From the NCBI GenBank assembly GCA_951406725.2, contig OX597829.1, positions 26,040,001 through 26,104,000 on the forward strand: a stretch of 64,000 bases of DNA, written 5' to 3'. The notes beneath the pieces are model-generated. The model was not told the origin of the DNA, searched no databases, and saw only the letters and a program-made list of their open reading frames with translations. Source of the DNA: Octopus vulgaris. Taxonomy: Eukaryota. How positions within the stretch are numbered: position 1 is the first letter of the stretch; every line of letters begins with the position of its first letter. The translations under genes and the position numbers were made by a program. Positions 25,288 through 38,286 of this stretch are shown here, in pieces.

Positions 25288-25980
25288 CTATGATGCTCCT
25301 CCACTACTTCTGCTCGTGATCAGAGATGCACATATCACCACCCACCAAGGGACATGGTCAACTGGTTAAGGTCAAATAACTGACAAGGAAATCTGTGGTA
25401 TTGAGTAGAATATTTGCTGTAGCCCATCTCTTTTTCTACCAAGACAAAACATGTACATGATAACACATCCAATCAATTAAGGTGAGAAGCCATGAGAGCT
25501 AGTGCCTAAGGCGGTGAGCAGAACCTTTAGCACGCCGGGCGAAATGCTTGGCGGTATTTCTCCCGTTGCCTACGTTCTGAGTTCAAATTCCGCCGAGGTT
25601 GACATTACCTTTTGTTTCGAGATCGATAAATTAAATACCAGTGAAGCACTGGGTCGATGTAATCGACTCAACCTCGGCCCCAAAACTGATGAAGCAAAAT
25701 TTGAAATCATCATTATTATTATTATTATTATTGAGTGAGAGAGCAGTGCAGGCCATCAAAGTGATACTGGGGCAAAATATACGAAGCCAGTATACCCACC
25801 TACCCGTCTGATAAGGGTATACCAGGCACATGCATCACAACCATATGTGCGCGACATAGTGATCTCATATCAAGATAAACAGTGCATGACCTTGTAGGTG
25901 AGGCCCAGTTAGAATTTTCTTCAGGTCGAGTAGCCCACCCTACCCAAAAGGTCTCTGAATACGGGTTGTTTAAGGATGTT
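25288..25980. mobile_element. Family E pieces flanking a family D SINE (25510-25705)
   Basis: Homology to 19718-20430 and to the family D core. Confidence 0.7.
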
Positions 25981-26049
25981 GTGCAGCGAGAATCAGTCCT
26001 TCCATTTCAGCTTTCAATCCAGAACTTTTGAGCCTCTCTGTCAAGTCTT

Positions 26050-26395
26050 GCAGGGTATTGGCCATGGAGTGATTTTTCTTTCCATTCCTTTTTTAGTATT
26101 TTTTGTAATTCTGTTTTCATGTTATTGTTTGTCTTTTTGACTATTTCTGCTATGTTGTTATCTGAGGTCAATGTATTAGCGTAGTTTGTTTCTGTTTTGT
26201 ATTTTGTCGTCTCCTTGTGTATAGAGAAAACTGTTTTCTTTCTCTCGTGTTCCTTTGTAAGTACTTTCCTAGTCCAACTGTTGTTATTTTATAATAGTTC
26301 TCTATCTGTATCATGTCACAGCCACCTTCTGAACAGGGTAGATATATTCTGTCTGTGCCTGCTTTGAGTTGGTGATTTCGGTACGCTGTTTCTTG
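26050..26395 (-). mobile_element. R4/Dong-like (RLE clade) LINE RT fragment
   Basis: Minus-strand translation HQLKAGTDRIYLPCSEGGCDMIQIENYYKITTVGLGKYL resembles the HPKADxDRLYLPRxEGGRGL thumb motif. Confidence 0.7.
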
Positions 26396-26399
26396 AAGA

Positions 26400-28865
26400 A
26401 ATCGTGTTTCTTGACAGGGTGAAAATGATCAAACCTCTATAACATTTTTAAAACATTTTTCTGGAAGAAGTTGACTAACTCCAGCAATTTAACTAGGAAA
26501 GGTACATTAATGTGCCAAATTATAAAATTTTCGATAAACTCTAATTTTTGAAATGCTGGCAGCCAAACGAACTAGATCCGTATTTGATCCAGTAAAGACG
26601 TGTCATCTGACTCTGCTCTATTGACTTCTTCTCTTTGGGAATACCATACTGCCTTTCTAACGCCATCTGTAGAAATTCGCTTTCACATTTTCACTTTACT
26701 GATACCTCCAGTCAAGAAAATTTATCGACAATACAGTAGTGATTATTTATGATTTGGATTTATTCCCTCTCTTCAGAACTGTCCGTTATCAATGTGCCTT
26801 TTTTGCCATTAAATACTGACCAACGAAGCAATGAAACCTTCACGCTTGATGCAAAGCATTCTGACAAGAAGGACAAGCCGTTATCATACTTTTTGCAACT
26901 GAGCTCCTCTTTCAAAAAGTAAATACAAACATTCAACACGCTAATCCAGGAAACTAGTAAACAGGAGAATGGCGGATTGATTACATTGCTTGTTGCTAAG
27001 TCTGGGAAGTCCCACACAATTGGAGAAACATTACTTTGCCGTTATCGAAGAGGTTTTGTCAACTGTTATGCACAAAATACCCGATAACATTATGAAGATC
27101 CCACTTAGTAAAAACACAATTTCTCGAAGCATCGATGAAATGACCAACGACGTCAAACCTCAGCTCATTAATATTCTCCAGCGTTCTGAATTTTCTATAC
27201 AAGTGAATGAGTCAACTGTTGTGGACAATCAATGTTTGATGATGGTATATGTTCGGTATTTCAGCGAAGACCTTCAACCTTGTGAGGAAATACTGTTCAC
27301 AGAGAAATTGCCGCTTGATTCAAAAGGTGCGATTATTTTTCACACTCTCAAGTCTTTCCTTTTTGAACATAATATCCCACTCAGTAATATTCTTGCCTGT
27401 GCGTCTGATGGAACCCCTTCGATGATAGGAAGATATAGAGGTCTTTCATCTCTCCCAAAGCGTGAAATTCCCCACCAGATACTAACTGTTCATTGCTTGG
27501 CACACCGGCAGCATTTTGTGGCAAAAAATATGAACAGTAGATTGAATGATGCGCTATAGTTAGTTACCAAGATTGTGAACAAATTGAAGTCCAGTCCCTT
27601 GTCTGATCGAATTTTCCGTCAACTCTGTCTGAGAAATGATGAGGACCATACTAAACTCTTATACCATACCAAAGTGCGGTGGTTGTCAAAAGGAAACTGT
27701 GTTTTATGCTTTGTTCAACTATTTCATATTATCATATCTTGCTTTGAAGATGCTCTACTATTCGCTTCATTGATGGCTGCAAGGTACGATATCTTTTTTC
27801 TCTGTGATATATTCACAAAATTAAATAATTTGAATACGTTATTGCAAGGAAACAGAAAAATTCTCGTTGATGGTAAACCATTTATCACTACCTTCATTTT
27901 GTAATTGGTTTTGTATAAGACTAACATTTCAAAACGTCAATTCCATCAATTTCCAGAACTTGATTCTTTGAAAGATGAATTAGTTGATGAGGATTTAACT
28001 ACATATCGCAACTATTTGCAAGCATTGCACGATAACATGGTGGGGCGATTTCAAGATGTTATTGCGGTGAATATTCCAAATTGGTATAGCAATCCGTTTG
28101 AGGTCGATGCAGTCGATTGCGAGGGTGACGTTCAGGAAGAATTGATAGAATTACAAAATGACAATGACGCCACAATACGATATTGCCGCAATAGCAAAGA
28201 AGGTTTGCGGTACCATCAGAGTATATTGAATTCTTATCCCAGTCTGTTGAAACATCTGAAATTACTCTTGCTTGCCTTCCCTACCTCATGACTGGTTGAA
28301 TCTGGTTTTAACCATGTTGGAATATTATTTTCCCATAAAAGAATCAGACTGGATGTGATATAACGAGGAGACATGTGGCTAAAGTCGACAAGTTTGAAAC
28401 CGAATGTATCTGCACTGGCTGCATCGCACCAGACACATGGTTCTCATTAAAAAGTTTTATTCTTTTCCTTTATAATACAATCATTAATTATTTTTGCATC
28501 GGTAGTTCTAATCAATGGTTCATTTGGAGAAAATGAAAATCAGTGTAAAAGAGAGCGCAAGTTTTCAGAAGTTAATATGTCTGCATAATATAGAGTTAAT
28601 GCTAGAATTTTATGTACACTAATGGCAAAACTAAACCCACAATGTGGGATTTGTAAACAACCGCATATTTAGTCCAAACGGCACTAACAGGGCAACGAGT
28701 CTACGATATAGTGTGTATTACAAATGATACAAGGGTTCCTGGGGGATTTTGTCTTGGGGAGGTTGTGTCCGGGTTTTTTTTTTCAAAAAGGTGGGCGATG
28801 GAGCATTTTTTAGCCGATAGGTAGGCGATATTGTAATTTGGCGCGAAAAGTTTGGGAAACACTTG
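26400..28865 (+). mobile_element. hAT (Charlie/Buster-type) DNA transposon, decayed
   Basis: Contains the transposase pseudogene. Right end gtttgggaaacacttg resembles a Charlie-type TIR. The left TIR is not clearly identifiable, so the left boundary is approximate. Confidence 0.75.
26700..28450 (+). pseudogene. hAT Buster/Charlie transposase pseudogene (ZBED5/ZBED8/FAM200/SCAND3-like)
   Basis: Motifs RQYSSDYL*FGF, IPLSKNTISRSIDEM, FSIQVNEST, CASDGTPSMIG, VHCLAHRQH, LLYHTKVRWLSKG, LLAFPTS*LVESGF. In-frame stops at 27557, 27902 and 28289, with frameshifts upstream. Confidence 0.92.
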
Positions 28866-28877
28866 TGGCTAATAAAG

Positions 28878-28911
<34 letters not shown>

Positions 28912-29007
28912 CGCCGCCGCCGCCACCACCACCACCACCACCACCCTCCTCCTCACCATCATCATCATCATCATCACCATGACCATCACCATGACCATCA
29001 CCATCAC

Positions 29008-29085
<78 letters not shown>

Positions 29086-29446
29086 CTGGAATTACAAGAA
29101 AACTGTTAAGCAGTAGATAACTTACGACATTTAGTTGAATGTCTGTTTACGCTCTGACTTCATGTTCACTGTCTGTTCTGTCAAATTTCCTAATATTTTG
29201 CAATTTCTACTCAACTAGGATGTATTTTTTATTGATATTTTGTATCATCTGTTCAAAGAGAAGCAGGTTATTCGAACTGACCTGCTTCTATTCCAAGGAA
29301 TTTCCGATTTGCCCCATTCTCCAGCAAGGAGAATTATCATCTGTTTTAAAATTTTTCTCTTTGCAAATTTACAATATTCTTGTAAAAAAGAAGAGAGATA
29401 GGGGGGAGAAGGAAAAAGAGAAACATGGACCTGTGTGAAGAAGGAA

Positions 29447-31440
29447 TGGATCTTTTCCTTTTGATAGACGGAATTCAACACAATTTCGAGTTAAAAAACA
29501 ATTCGAAATTTCGTATACTGGTAGAATGTGTCAAAAGAAAACATTATTTTCAATTGGCTTTTTTGATAAATTTCTAATTCGTTTGTTAAACGTAGTTTAA
29601 TTTTTCGAATTTTAACCAATCGTATGCTCTCTTTTGAGCTGAAATCATCTCCTGCGTTATCGATATTGATAAACAAACGAGGAGGCATGTGCTAGAAACA
29701 ACAACCATATCTCTTAAATCGATGAATTTCGTCACCCAATAAAATTATTAACGATATTTTTTGAATATTTTCTTTCTTTATTTTTTTTTTACCAAAAAGG
29801 CTTCCCCCATGGTTTTGAAGGGCCAAAAACAACAAAAACAAAACAATAATTTGCCTAAATCGGTCTAGAGTGGGATATGAGGGTGCGCGTGGAGTGTGGA
29901 TCGTATTGTAAAAATTTGCGAAATATTTTTTCTTAAAAGGATGGCCCAGCTTGTCGGAGGCTGTGATATAAATTGGGGAAAAAATCCTCGACACCAGTGC
30001 GTAATTGGTACTTAATTTATCGACCCCGAAACGATGAAACATTGATCCCCCATTTCTAGTTTATTTACCTTTTGTGTACATTTGTTCCGGCAAGGGGCAA
30101 AACACAGAGGGGACAAAGCATGAGATACAAAAGTATTAAGTCGATTCTATCGACACCAGTGCGAACTCACGAACGTGTATGTATGCTTGTGTGCGTATGT
30201 GTGTGTATGTATATCTCCGTTTGTATGTGTGTGTACGCTTATATATTAATTACTATGTGCTTGTGCAAATGTATATGCATGTGTTTGAGAGAGAGAGAGA
30301 GAGAGATAGTGACAGAGTGTGTGTGTGCGTGCAAGTGTACGTGTGTATGTATCTGAATATATGTGTGTGTGTATGCGGCGTGCGTATATGCGTATAAGCA
30401 TGTATCTTTGTGTATGTATGTGTATACTTGTCTGTGTGTGCATGTGTGCGTGTGTACGTATATTTACTTCTATATGCAGGCGCGCTAGTGTATGCAAGTG
30501 TTTCGAAAAATTAAACTACGTTAAACAAACGAATTAGAAATTTATAAAAAAAGCCAAGCGAAAATAATGTTTTCTTTTGACACATTCAACCAGTATACGA
30601 AGTTTCAAATTGTTTAGTTAACTAGAAATTGTGTTGAAATCTGGCCTTCAAAAGGAAAAGATCCGAAGGAATAATAATGATGTTCCCTGAAAAGGAATAC
30701 GGTAAAGAGGGAGTGAATGAATATACAATAGAAAGAAAGAGGTAGAGAGGCGGATAAATGAATCTGTCAGTAACGACGCGGTTGTTGTCATGCCGACGAT
30801 AGTCAACGTCAGAGGTAAAAAGTTGGCCGTTTTCTGCTCCGATACATTTGATATATAATGAGGAAAAAAAAAATTTAACAACTACAACAACTACAATAAA
30901 AAAAAAAAAACAACAACTATAGATTCAACAACAGCAGCAGCCGCAGGAACAGCAGCGGCATCATCAACAACGACTACAGCAAAATTATTGGAATCTCAAA
31001 AGAATAGGGGAAATGTTTCAAGGTTTTCAATTCCCAAAGAAAAAAAACCCAAAAAAACTGCTGCAATAGCACGTGTACAAATTAAACCTTTTCGAGTACC
31101 ACTACCATCGCTGCCATCACCACTACGTCACTCACTAACGAGAAGAACAGGGAAAATTTTACCCGAAACACAACAAAGGTCAACTCTTTTACAGAAGCTG
31201 CTCAAAAGAAAATGGAATAAATAGGTATGCAGGAATAATTTCAAATGAAAACAGACAATACGATTGGTTAAAATTCGCAGATTTAAACTACGTTTAAACT
31301 TATAAAATACATTTTTGTCAAAAAAAAACTAGTTGAAATTATTGTTTTCTTTTGACACATTCTACCAGTATACGAAGTTTCAAATTATTTAGTTAACTAG
31401 AAAAATCTGAAAAATCTAGCTTTCAAAATGAAAAGATCCG
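29447..31440. repeat. ~170-bp repeat in three local copies (29447-29620 inverted; 30502-30665 and 31265-31440 direct)
   Basis: Shared ttttcttttgacacattc.accagtatacgaagtttcaaatt.tttagttaactagaaa...gaaaagatcc. Confidence 0.8.
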
Positions 31441-31744
31441 ATTAATGGCTGTCTATGAGTTGACAGGGACACAACCGCTCGATATTTTCAGCGATTGAGA
31501 AGCTTTCTAGGGGAGGTTCCGATCTCTAGTACTCCAAGGAGCCTACTCCTCATTATAACAGTACGTTTAGAAGGAGGTTTCAGTGATAGTAGTAGCTAAT
31601 TAGAAATTATTCCAGCAAGACTAAACAACCCTAGAAATGGAACAGTTAAGTTTCAATCTATCTGATAATTTAAACGTACTTGTGGTGCTGATTGGAAAGG
31701 AGATGAATTATTTGATTTGGCAGCGTGCTGCTCCCAAATAAACG

Positions 31745-32215
31745 TTGCCCTTTTCAAGCCTAGCCAGGCTCATGGGCCCGGTTTCCCGGTTTCTCTGGCG
31801 CATATGTCCCCCCCCCAGCTGGATGGGACGCCAGTCCATCGCAGCGTTACTCAAGAAACAAGAAGAGAGAGTGAGAGAAAGTTGTGGCGAAAGAGTACAA
31901 CAGGAGTCGCCCTCGCCCCTCCTGTCGGAGCCTCGTGGAGCTTTTAGGTGTTTTCACTCAATAAACACAAACAACACCCGGTCTGGGAATCGAAACCGCG
32001 ATCCTCCAACCGCGAGTCCGCTGCCCTAACCACTGGGCGCAATAGAAAGTTGTGGCGAAAGAGTACAACAGGAGTCGCCCCCGCCCCCCTGTCGGAGCCT
32101 CGTGGAGCTTTTAGGTGTTTTCACTCAATAAAACACAAACAACGCCCGGTCTGGGAATCGAAACCGCGATCCTCCGACCGCGAGTTCGCTGCCCTAACCA
32201 CTGGGCCATTGCGCC
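31745..32215 (-). mobile_element. tRNA-derived SINE family C with duplicated head region
   Basis: Minus strand ggcgcaaTGGCCCAGTGGttagggcagc (A box)...GGTTTCGATTCC (B box). Segment 31876-32037 is repeated at 32045-32206. Confidence 0.85.
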
Positions 32216-32688
32216 CACGCGCTCCCAAATAAAACCAATCACAATATTTTGATTTTATCGACATATTTATTTGCAGATTGATGTTACAATTACTACTCTA
32301 CAAATTGTTATGCTGAATACCAGTTGCTAGTGTGTGAGAATATATGCTTGGCGAGCAGAGAAAATCTTATGCCTTTGTGGTGCATAGCGAGAGATGATCT
32401 TTTAGCAGCATTGCTAAAGAAAACCTTTACGAATCCTCTGGCTTGTATTTCCCGTGCATCGCGATTTATAACCATGATTTACTGCGAAACTGCATGGAAC
32501 TTTCCATTAACTTTGATGCCGCATAAATGCGTTAGAACAACGATTAGATGAAATGCGAGTCAAAATCACCCGATAAGGATAACCACCACCAATATGGAAA
32601 CTGGTGTGATATAGTCTTTTCCTGTTACTAAATTGACTGGGTTTTGAATGCTGAGTAGTGCTAAATATGTTCTTATCCTTATAAAAAA

Positions 32689-33203
32689 CTAGCAGTATCG
32701 CCCGGCGTTGCTCGGGTTTGTAAGGGAAATAACTATATAAGCATTTTTAGAGAGTTACTTCCCTTATAGATGCCAATTCGGGCTTTCTTAGCCATTTCTG
32801 TTTTGGTGTCTTCAAGCCATGAAGTCGTTGTTCTAAAGGAACGCTGGTCTCCTTGACAACGTTTTCCGACGTTGATTTCCTTACACTCCCTTCCCCACAG
32901 CTTCACGAGGGAGGGAAGAAGGGGGAGAAGCAAACAGGTGCAGGTGTTTGAGCGTGGACGCCAACTCCGCCGCCATCGACACACGAAAAAATATGCATTA
33001 AAATGGAATAAAAAATGATGTTAAATTATTTTTAAAATCGTAGACTCATCGTAGACGCGCGCTAATAGCCAGACGGGCTTGATATTAATCACGACTATAA
33101 GATACCCGAATTTGGTTAAACTGCACCGCAAAATGTGGGAGGAGTTAGGAATCTAAATCGAAGGGGACAGACACTCACACAACTACAGTTTTATATATAG
33201 AGA
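32689..33203 (-). mobile_element. Non-autonomous Helitron
   Basis: Minus strand: A|TCTCTATAT...cccgagcaacgccggg hairpin...CTAG|T. Terminal ~70 bp is nearly identical to the copy at 53453-53838. Confidence 0.8.
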
Positions 33204-33254
33204 TTTCCCACAATACATATTTTTTTATCGTTATTTTTATCTTTTACTTTGATC

Positions 33255-33515
33255 TATCATTAGACTGCGACTATGTTGGGGACACCGCATTAAAGGTTTT
33301 AGTCGAAAAAATTAACTCTAGTACTTTTAAGTGTGGGATTTAGTCTATCGGTCTTTTTTTTACCGAACTGCTACGTTACAGGAATGTAGACAAGCTAATA
33401 CACCAGCTGTCATTAACATAAAGACACGCAGCGCGTATGCACACGCACATATATACGACAGGCTTTCCGTCTACCAAATCCTCTCACAAGGCATTGGTCG
33501 GTCCGGGGCTGTATA
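33255..33515 (-). mobile_element. Diverged SINE family A copy
   Basis: atacgacaggctttccgtctaccaaatc..ctcacaaggcattggtcgg.ccggggct. Confidence 0.65.
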
Positions 33516-33628
33516 AGGAGACGCCCAAATTTATGCGATTAACTGTTGCGCGTCGAGTACATCCAATCATGTGTGTGTGTGCGCGCGCGCGCGTGCATGT
33601 ATGTATGTGTGTATGTATGTATGTATGC

Positions 33629-33662
<34 letters not shown>

Positions 33663-33766
33663 ATAATAAAAAAAAAGAAGAAGAAAAAACACAAGAAAAA
33701 GCAACAACGCAAGGACGTGGTACATGTAAAGTATTAACAGACGCTCAAGGAAGGAAAGAAATGTAG

Positions 33767-33800
33767 TTTTACGTTTCAAGCAAAGCTCTTCTTCAGAAAA
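33767..33800 (-). ncRNA. Minimal hammerhead ribozyme motif
   Basis: Minus strand: tttt CTGAAGA a gagc ttt gctt GAAAC GTA aaa. Confidence 0.6.
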
Positions 33801-34014
33801 AGGAGACAGAGTAAAGTCCAAGAGAAAAGGAAGATGGTGGAAGAAAATCGCCAACGATCCCCAAGTAGTACCATTTTGAATATATAGTGTCTCATCTCCA
33901 CTGTGTTAATCTGTAACCACCATATCCAGTGAGTGTTGATGCCACTACGTTATGTGATTTACCTTAGGTGTCGAAACCGCGAAAATCCCTGGAGAGAGGT
34001 CCTTTCTTTGTTTT

Positions 34015-34045
<31 letters not shown>

Positions 34046-34332
34046 CACATACACACACACACACACACACACATACACACACACATGCTTGTGCGCACAC
34101 AAGCATACACATACATACGCACAAACGTATACACACGCTCAAACACGATTAAGCACATTAAGCACACGCATTAATTAATGTAAGCTGTATGTAACGATAG
34201 TAATGTAAAATTGACAACTGCTTGTGATCGTTAGTTGAACTCCTCCAATGTGTGAGTTGGAAGACAGACACCCAGTCAAACAGTGAGAGACTATCAGAAA
34301 GAAAGAAAGACTGTGAAAGGGGCAGAGAGAGA

Positions 34333-34387
<55 letters not shown>

Positions 34388-35009
34388 AGACAGAGGGAAA
34401 GAGAAAGAGAGAGAAGTAGGCACAGATAGGTGAGCCAACGGAAAGAGTCTCAACATGGCCAATCGACTTGATAGACTTGATAGCAGCCATTTTGTTTTTC
34501 AGATTACACTTCACTGTCTTAAAAATAGAAAGGGGGCATTACAAAATGTAATCACGTAAGCATAAATACAGGATGACACGGCCGGGTGCCTTTGACCATT
34601 TCTTTGCTCATTTAGAAGCGACCTGGACCAAAACGATATCAACAACAACACTATACTTGTTTGGTCATAGTACCATGTTCTTCGCAGCATTTAAGGGAAT
34701 CTACTTTGTCCCAAGCATTCGAGTCAAGCCTTATATTTCACTCTTTCAAAGGCTCGGTAGAGGGTCATGGGTAATTAATGCGAGGACATCTAGCTACAAG
34801 GACTAACAAAATTCCGCATCACAGTCAAAATACATCTGGCTGTAGGACGGATTGCATGCGGCTAGCGTATTGGAGAAGGTGATGCAAAAGCATCAAAAGT
34901 CTTCTCGGACATTTTCATCGAACATTTTCAGTCAGAAACAGGATTAGGAAGCTATCATTTTGTGCATGACTGCAATCGCAAGACGACAAAACAATAATGT
35001 CGACATTGC

Positions 35010-35085
<76 letters not shown>

Positions 35086-35187
35086 GGAGTAAACACATAA
35101 ATGTGAAACAAGGTGAAAAAAAGAGTACTCAAATTCTAGTGGTAGAGTAATATGCTTTATTTAAAGCAGCAGAAAATTCAACAAAAC

Positions 35188-35225
35188 CTGTTACTCTGAG
35201 TTTCCCGTTGCCGTTCATCGGACAG
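35188..35225 (-). ncRNA. Minimal hammerhead ribozyme motif (CCGAUGA core variant)
   Basis: Minus strand: ctgt CCGATGA acg gcaa cgg GAAAC tcaga GTA acag; stem I ctgt/acag. Confidence 0.6.
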
Positions 35226-35230
35226 TTTTT

Positions 35231-35392
35231 GCAGGAGTGGCTGTGTGGTAAGTAGCTTGCTAACCAACCACATGGTTCCGAGTTCAATCCCACTGCGTGG
35301 CATCTTGGGCAAGTGTCTTCTGCTATAGCCCCGGGCCGACCAATGCCTTGTGAGTGGATCTGGTAGACGGAAACTGAAAGAAGCCCGTCGTA

Positions 35393-35445
<53 letters not shown>

Positions 35446-35663
35446 ATGTTTGTGTGTCTGTGTTTGTCCCCCTAGTGTCAAACGATGTGGTGTGTTTACG
35501 TCCCCGTCACCTAGCGGTTCGGCAAAAGAGACCGATAGAATAAGTACTGGGCTTACAAAGAATAAGTCCCGGGGTCGATTTGCTCGACTAAAGGCGGTGC
35601 TCCAGCATGGCCGCAGTCAAATGACTGAAGCAAATAAAAGAGTAAAAGAGTAAAGAGTAAAGA
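35231..35663 (+). mobile_element. tRNA-derived SINE family A, CpG-intact copy
   Basis: A box TGGCTGTGTGG, B box GAGTTCAATCCC, (gagtaaa)n tail. Confidence 0.88.
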
Positions 35664-35664
35664 G

Positions 35665-35752
<88 letters not shown>

Positions 35753-35757
<5 letters not shown>

Positions 35758-36263
35758 TTCTAGCACATATTTCGCCTTTTAATGTACTGATATATGAATA
35801 ATATATGGCCTGAGCTAGTTTCACCAGCGATAATAATTAATTTTATTTTATCGCAATTTGACTTGTTTACATATTTCTCGATAAATTTTGAGCGTTAGAC
35901 AATATACCAGAAATCCCTAGTTTTGTCGGGACGTTCTGAGTCTGCGCAGTGATCTGATTAGTTAGAGAGAGCAAATCATTAGAAGCACATGCTTCTAGTG
36001 AGTTAGGATCTCAGAACAACAGGGCTCTTACCGATGAATTCTCCCTGAGCAAATAAATTATCTTTATTGCTGAAAAGAACGAAACTGCAGTCTAAGAGGA
36101 ACCGAGTTAGTAAATGTTCTTATTTTCATTTCACTAAATTTATCTAGCTTCTGTGTTTCTAGCACATATTTCGCCTTTTAATGTACTGATATATGAATAA
36201 TATATGGCCTGAGCTAGTTTCACCAGCGATAATAATTAATTTTATTTTATCGCAATTTGACTT

Positions 36264-36268
<5 letters not shown>
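35753..36268 (+). mobile_element. Terminally redundant 399-bp non-coding unit carrying a hammerhead (retrozyme or Penelope pseudo-LTR-like)
   Basis: A ~115-bp exact direct repeat at 35753-35869 and 36152-36268 (period 399), flanked by TG/TA microsatellites, with a hammerhead inside. Confidence 0.75.
36025..36098 (+). ncRNA. Type I hammerhead ribozyme
   Basis: ctctta CCGATGA [extended stem II] GAAAC TGCA GTC taagag. Perfect 6-bp stem I, palindromic stem III ACTGCAGT, GUC cleavage triplet at 36090-36092. Confidence 0.78.
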
Positions 36269-36354
<86 letters not shown>

Positions 36355-37290
36355 ATTTATATACATATATACATATATCTATGTACATCATCCTTCATCA
36401 TTTCCCATATCATTCGTCAACCTTACTGTGATTCACATCCCACACTTATTGTTTCGTTCAATCCTTCTGCTTCAAAACTTAAACCTCCTGGAACCCTCCT
36501 TACATTTTTTTTTCTGAAGACATCGATTTATAGATTGTTCAGGTTGATCACAAATAGCATCAATCACAACAACCTCAGAAGGTCTATCAAGGTCATTGGA
36601 CATTGCGCATTGTTTCTCAGCAATTTCAGCGGACTCTGAAGCCCAGTAAAGAGGATACAGTTTCTACCTCATGATTAAAGAATAATCATATTATTATTCT
36701 TTGTCCGTTTGTTACACTTACATCAAGGGAGCTAATGACTCCAATGAAGAAATATATATTGAGAGAAAGAGCGAAAAAGAGAAGGGAAAACAAAGAGAAG
36801 GGAAAACAAAGAGAAAGAGAGAAAGAGAAAGAGAGAGAGAGAGGGGGGGAGAGGTCTATATTATGCACTTCCGTGTTCAAATCGCAAGGTTAGTCGAAAT
36901 ATTTAACATAATGAATCAATCTCATGAAGATCTATAAATTTATGCATTAAAAGATATATCGATAGATAGTTAAATTAAAGTGGAATAAATTTATCAAATA
37001 GTTGTGGATGTTACAATTTTATCTTTTTCGTGTTCCAGACTAAAGGTTGTGCCATGCTGGAATACTGCCATTATTTATTTTTCAATTTTTGTATTAGTTT
37101 TAAATGCTTGTCGATATTATGTGAATAGAGAGATATATACGTCGGCGGAAGGGATAGATAGGTAGACAAACATACAGATAGAAAGACAGACAGACATACG
37201 GACGGACGGACGGACATACATACATACATACATACATACATACATACATACATACATACATACATACATAATACGTACACATACATATAT

Positions 37291-37333
<43 letters not shown>

Positions 37334-37339
37334 CAATGA

Positions 37340-38075
37340 TAATAAAGGGTAAAATTAATTAATCAATTAATAATTAATAATTAGTTCGGTATGTTAAAAG
37401 AACCGTTATCGGCAAACTTATACAAAAATTCTATAATTATGAGCATAATTATAATTAGGGTTCAACAACATTTGCTTCACCACATATCGAAATTTAGAAA
37501 TAGCAGTTAAAATACTATTCTACTACCATAAGATAACTCCCAGACAGCAATACTCAACAACTCACGCAGGTAAAGAGAAAAAATAACGAATCCACCCGGC
37601 TTTGATTAACTGTATACGCGTTTCGGGGATAAAGAGATGTAAAATGATGTAAAGCAAATTTTGCTGCACCCTAATTATGATTATGTTAATAATTATAGAA
37701 TTTTTAATGGAGATTGAAACTTTTTAAAGCAAATTTTATCAGTGGCCAGCATATAAAAGGGAAGCGATTAAGGTGAAATTATATGTATAATTACAGGGGC
37801 TTAGAAAAGAAATTTTCTAGCATATATACAGAAAAATGGACGCTAAATCGGTTCACCACTCAAAGACATATGTGCTGAATTCGACGCAACAAGCCAACGG
37901 AAATTATTAATAAAATAGATATTCTTGTATTAGCTCATTCCTGGATCTGCCCAAAGGCTCTTCCGTCACTAGCAGGAATTCAGCACATGTGTTTTTGAGT
38001 GGTGAGTCGATATAGCGTCTGTTTCTCAGCATATAGGCAAGAAAATTTCTTTTCTAAGTCCTTATTATAATTATA
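37340..38075. repeat. AT-rich element with two internal inverted repeats (Penelope-like rearrangement)
   Basis: 37425-37460 is inverted at 37670-37705, and 37790-37882 is inverted at 37976-38070. Minus strand near 37610-37628 has GAAACGCGTA, a hammerhead 3' half. Confidence 0.6.
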
Positions 38076-38082
38076 TATATTG

Positions 38083-38164
<82 letters not shown>

Positions 38165-38188
38165 TGTGTGTGTGTATGTATGTATGTA

Positions 38189-38231
<43 letters not shown>

Positions 38232-38233
38232 GG

Positions 38234-38286
<53 letters not shown>

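Noticed and set aside
26990-28291. Possible domesticated ZBED/FAM200/SCAND3-like host gene
   Set aside because: Multiple in-frame stops and frameshifts, an altered first catalytic motif (NES for DES) and a TIR-like end mark it as a dead transposon.
32130-32215. tRNA-like sequences (also 1180-1250, 2460-2537, 35231-35300)
   Set aside because: A and B boxes are present, but there is no complete cloverleaf or acceptor stem and each continues into a repeated SINE body.
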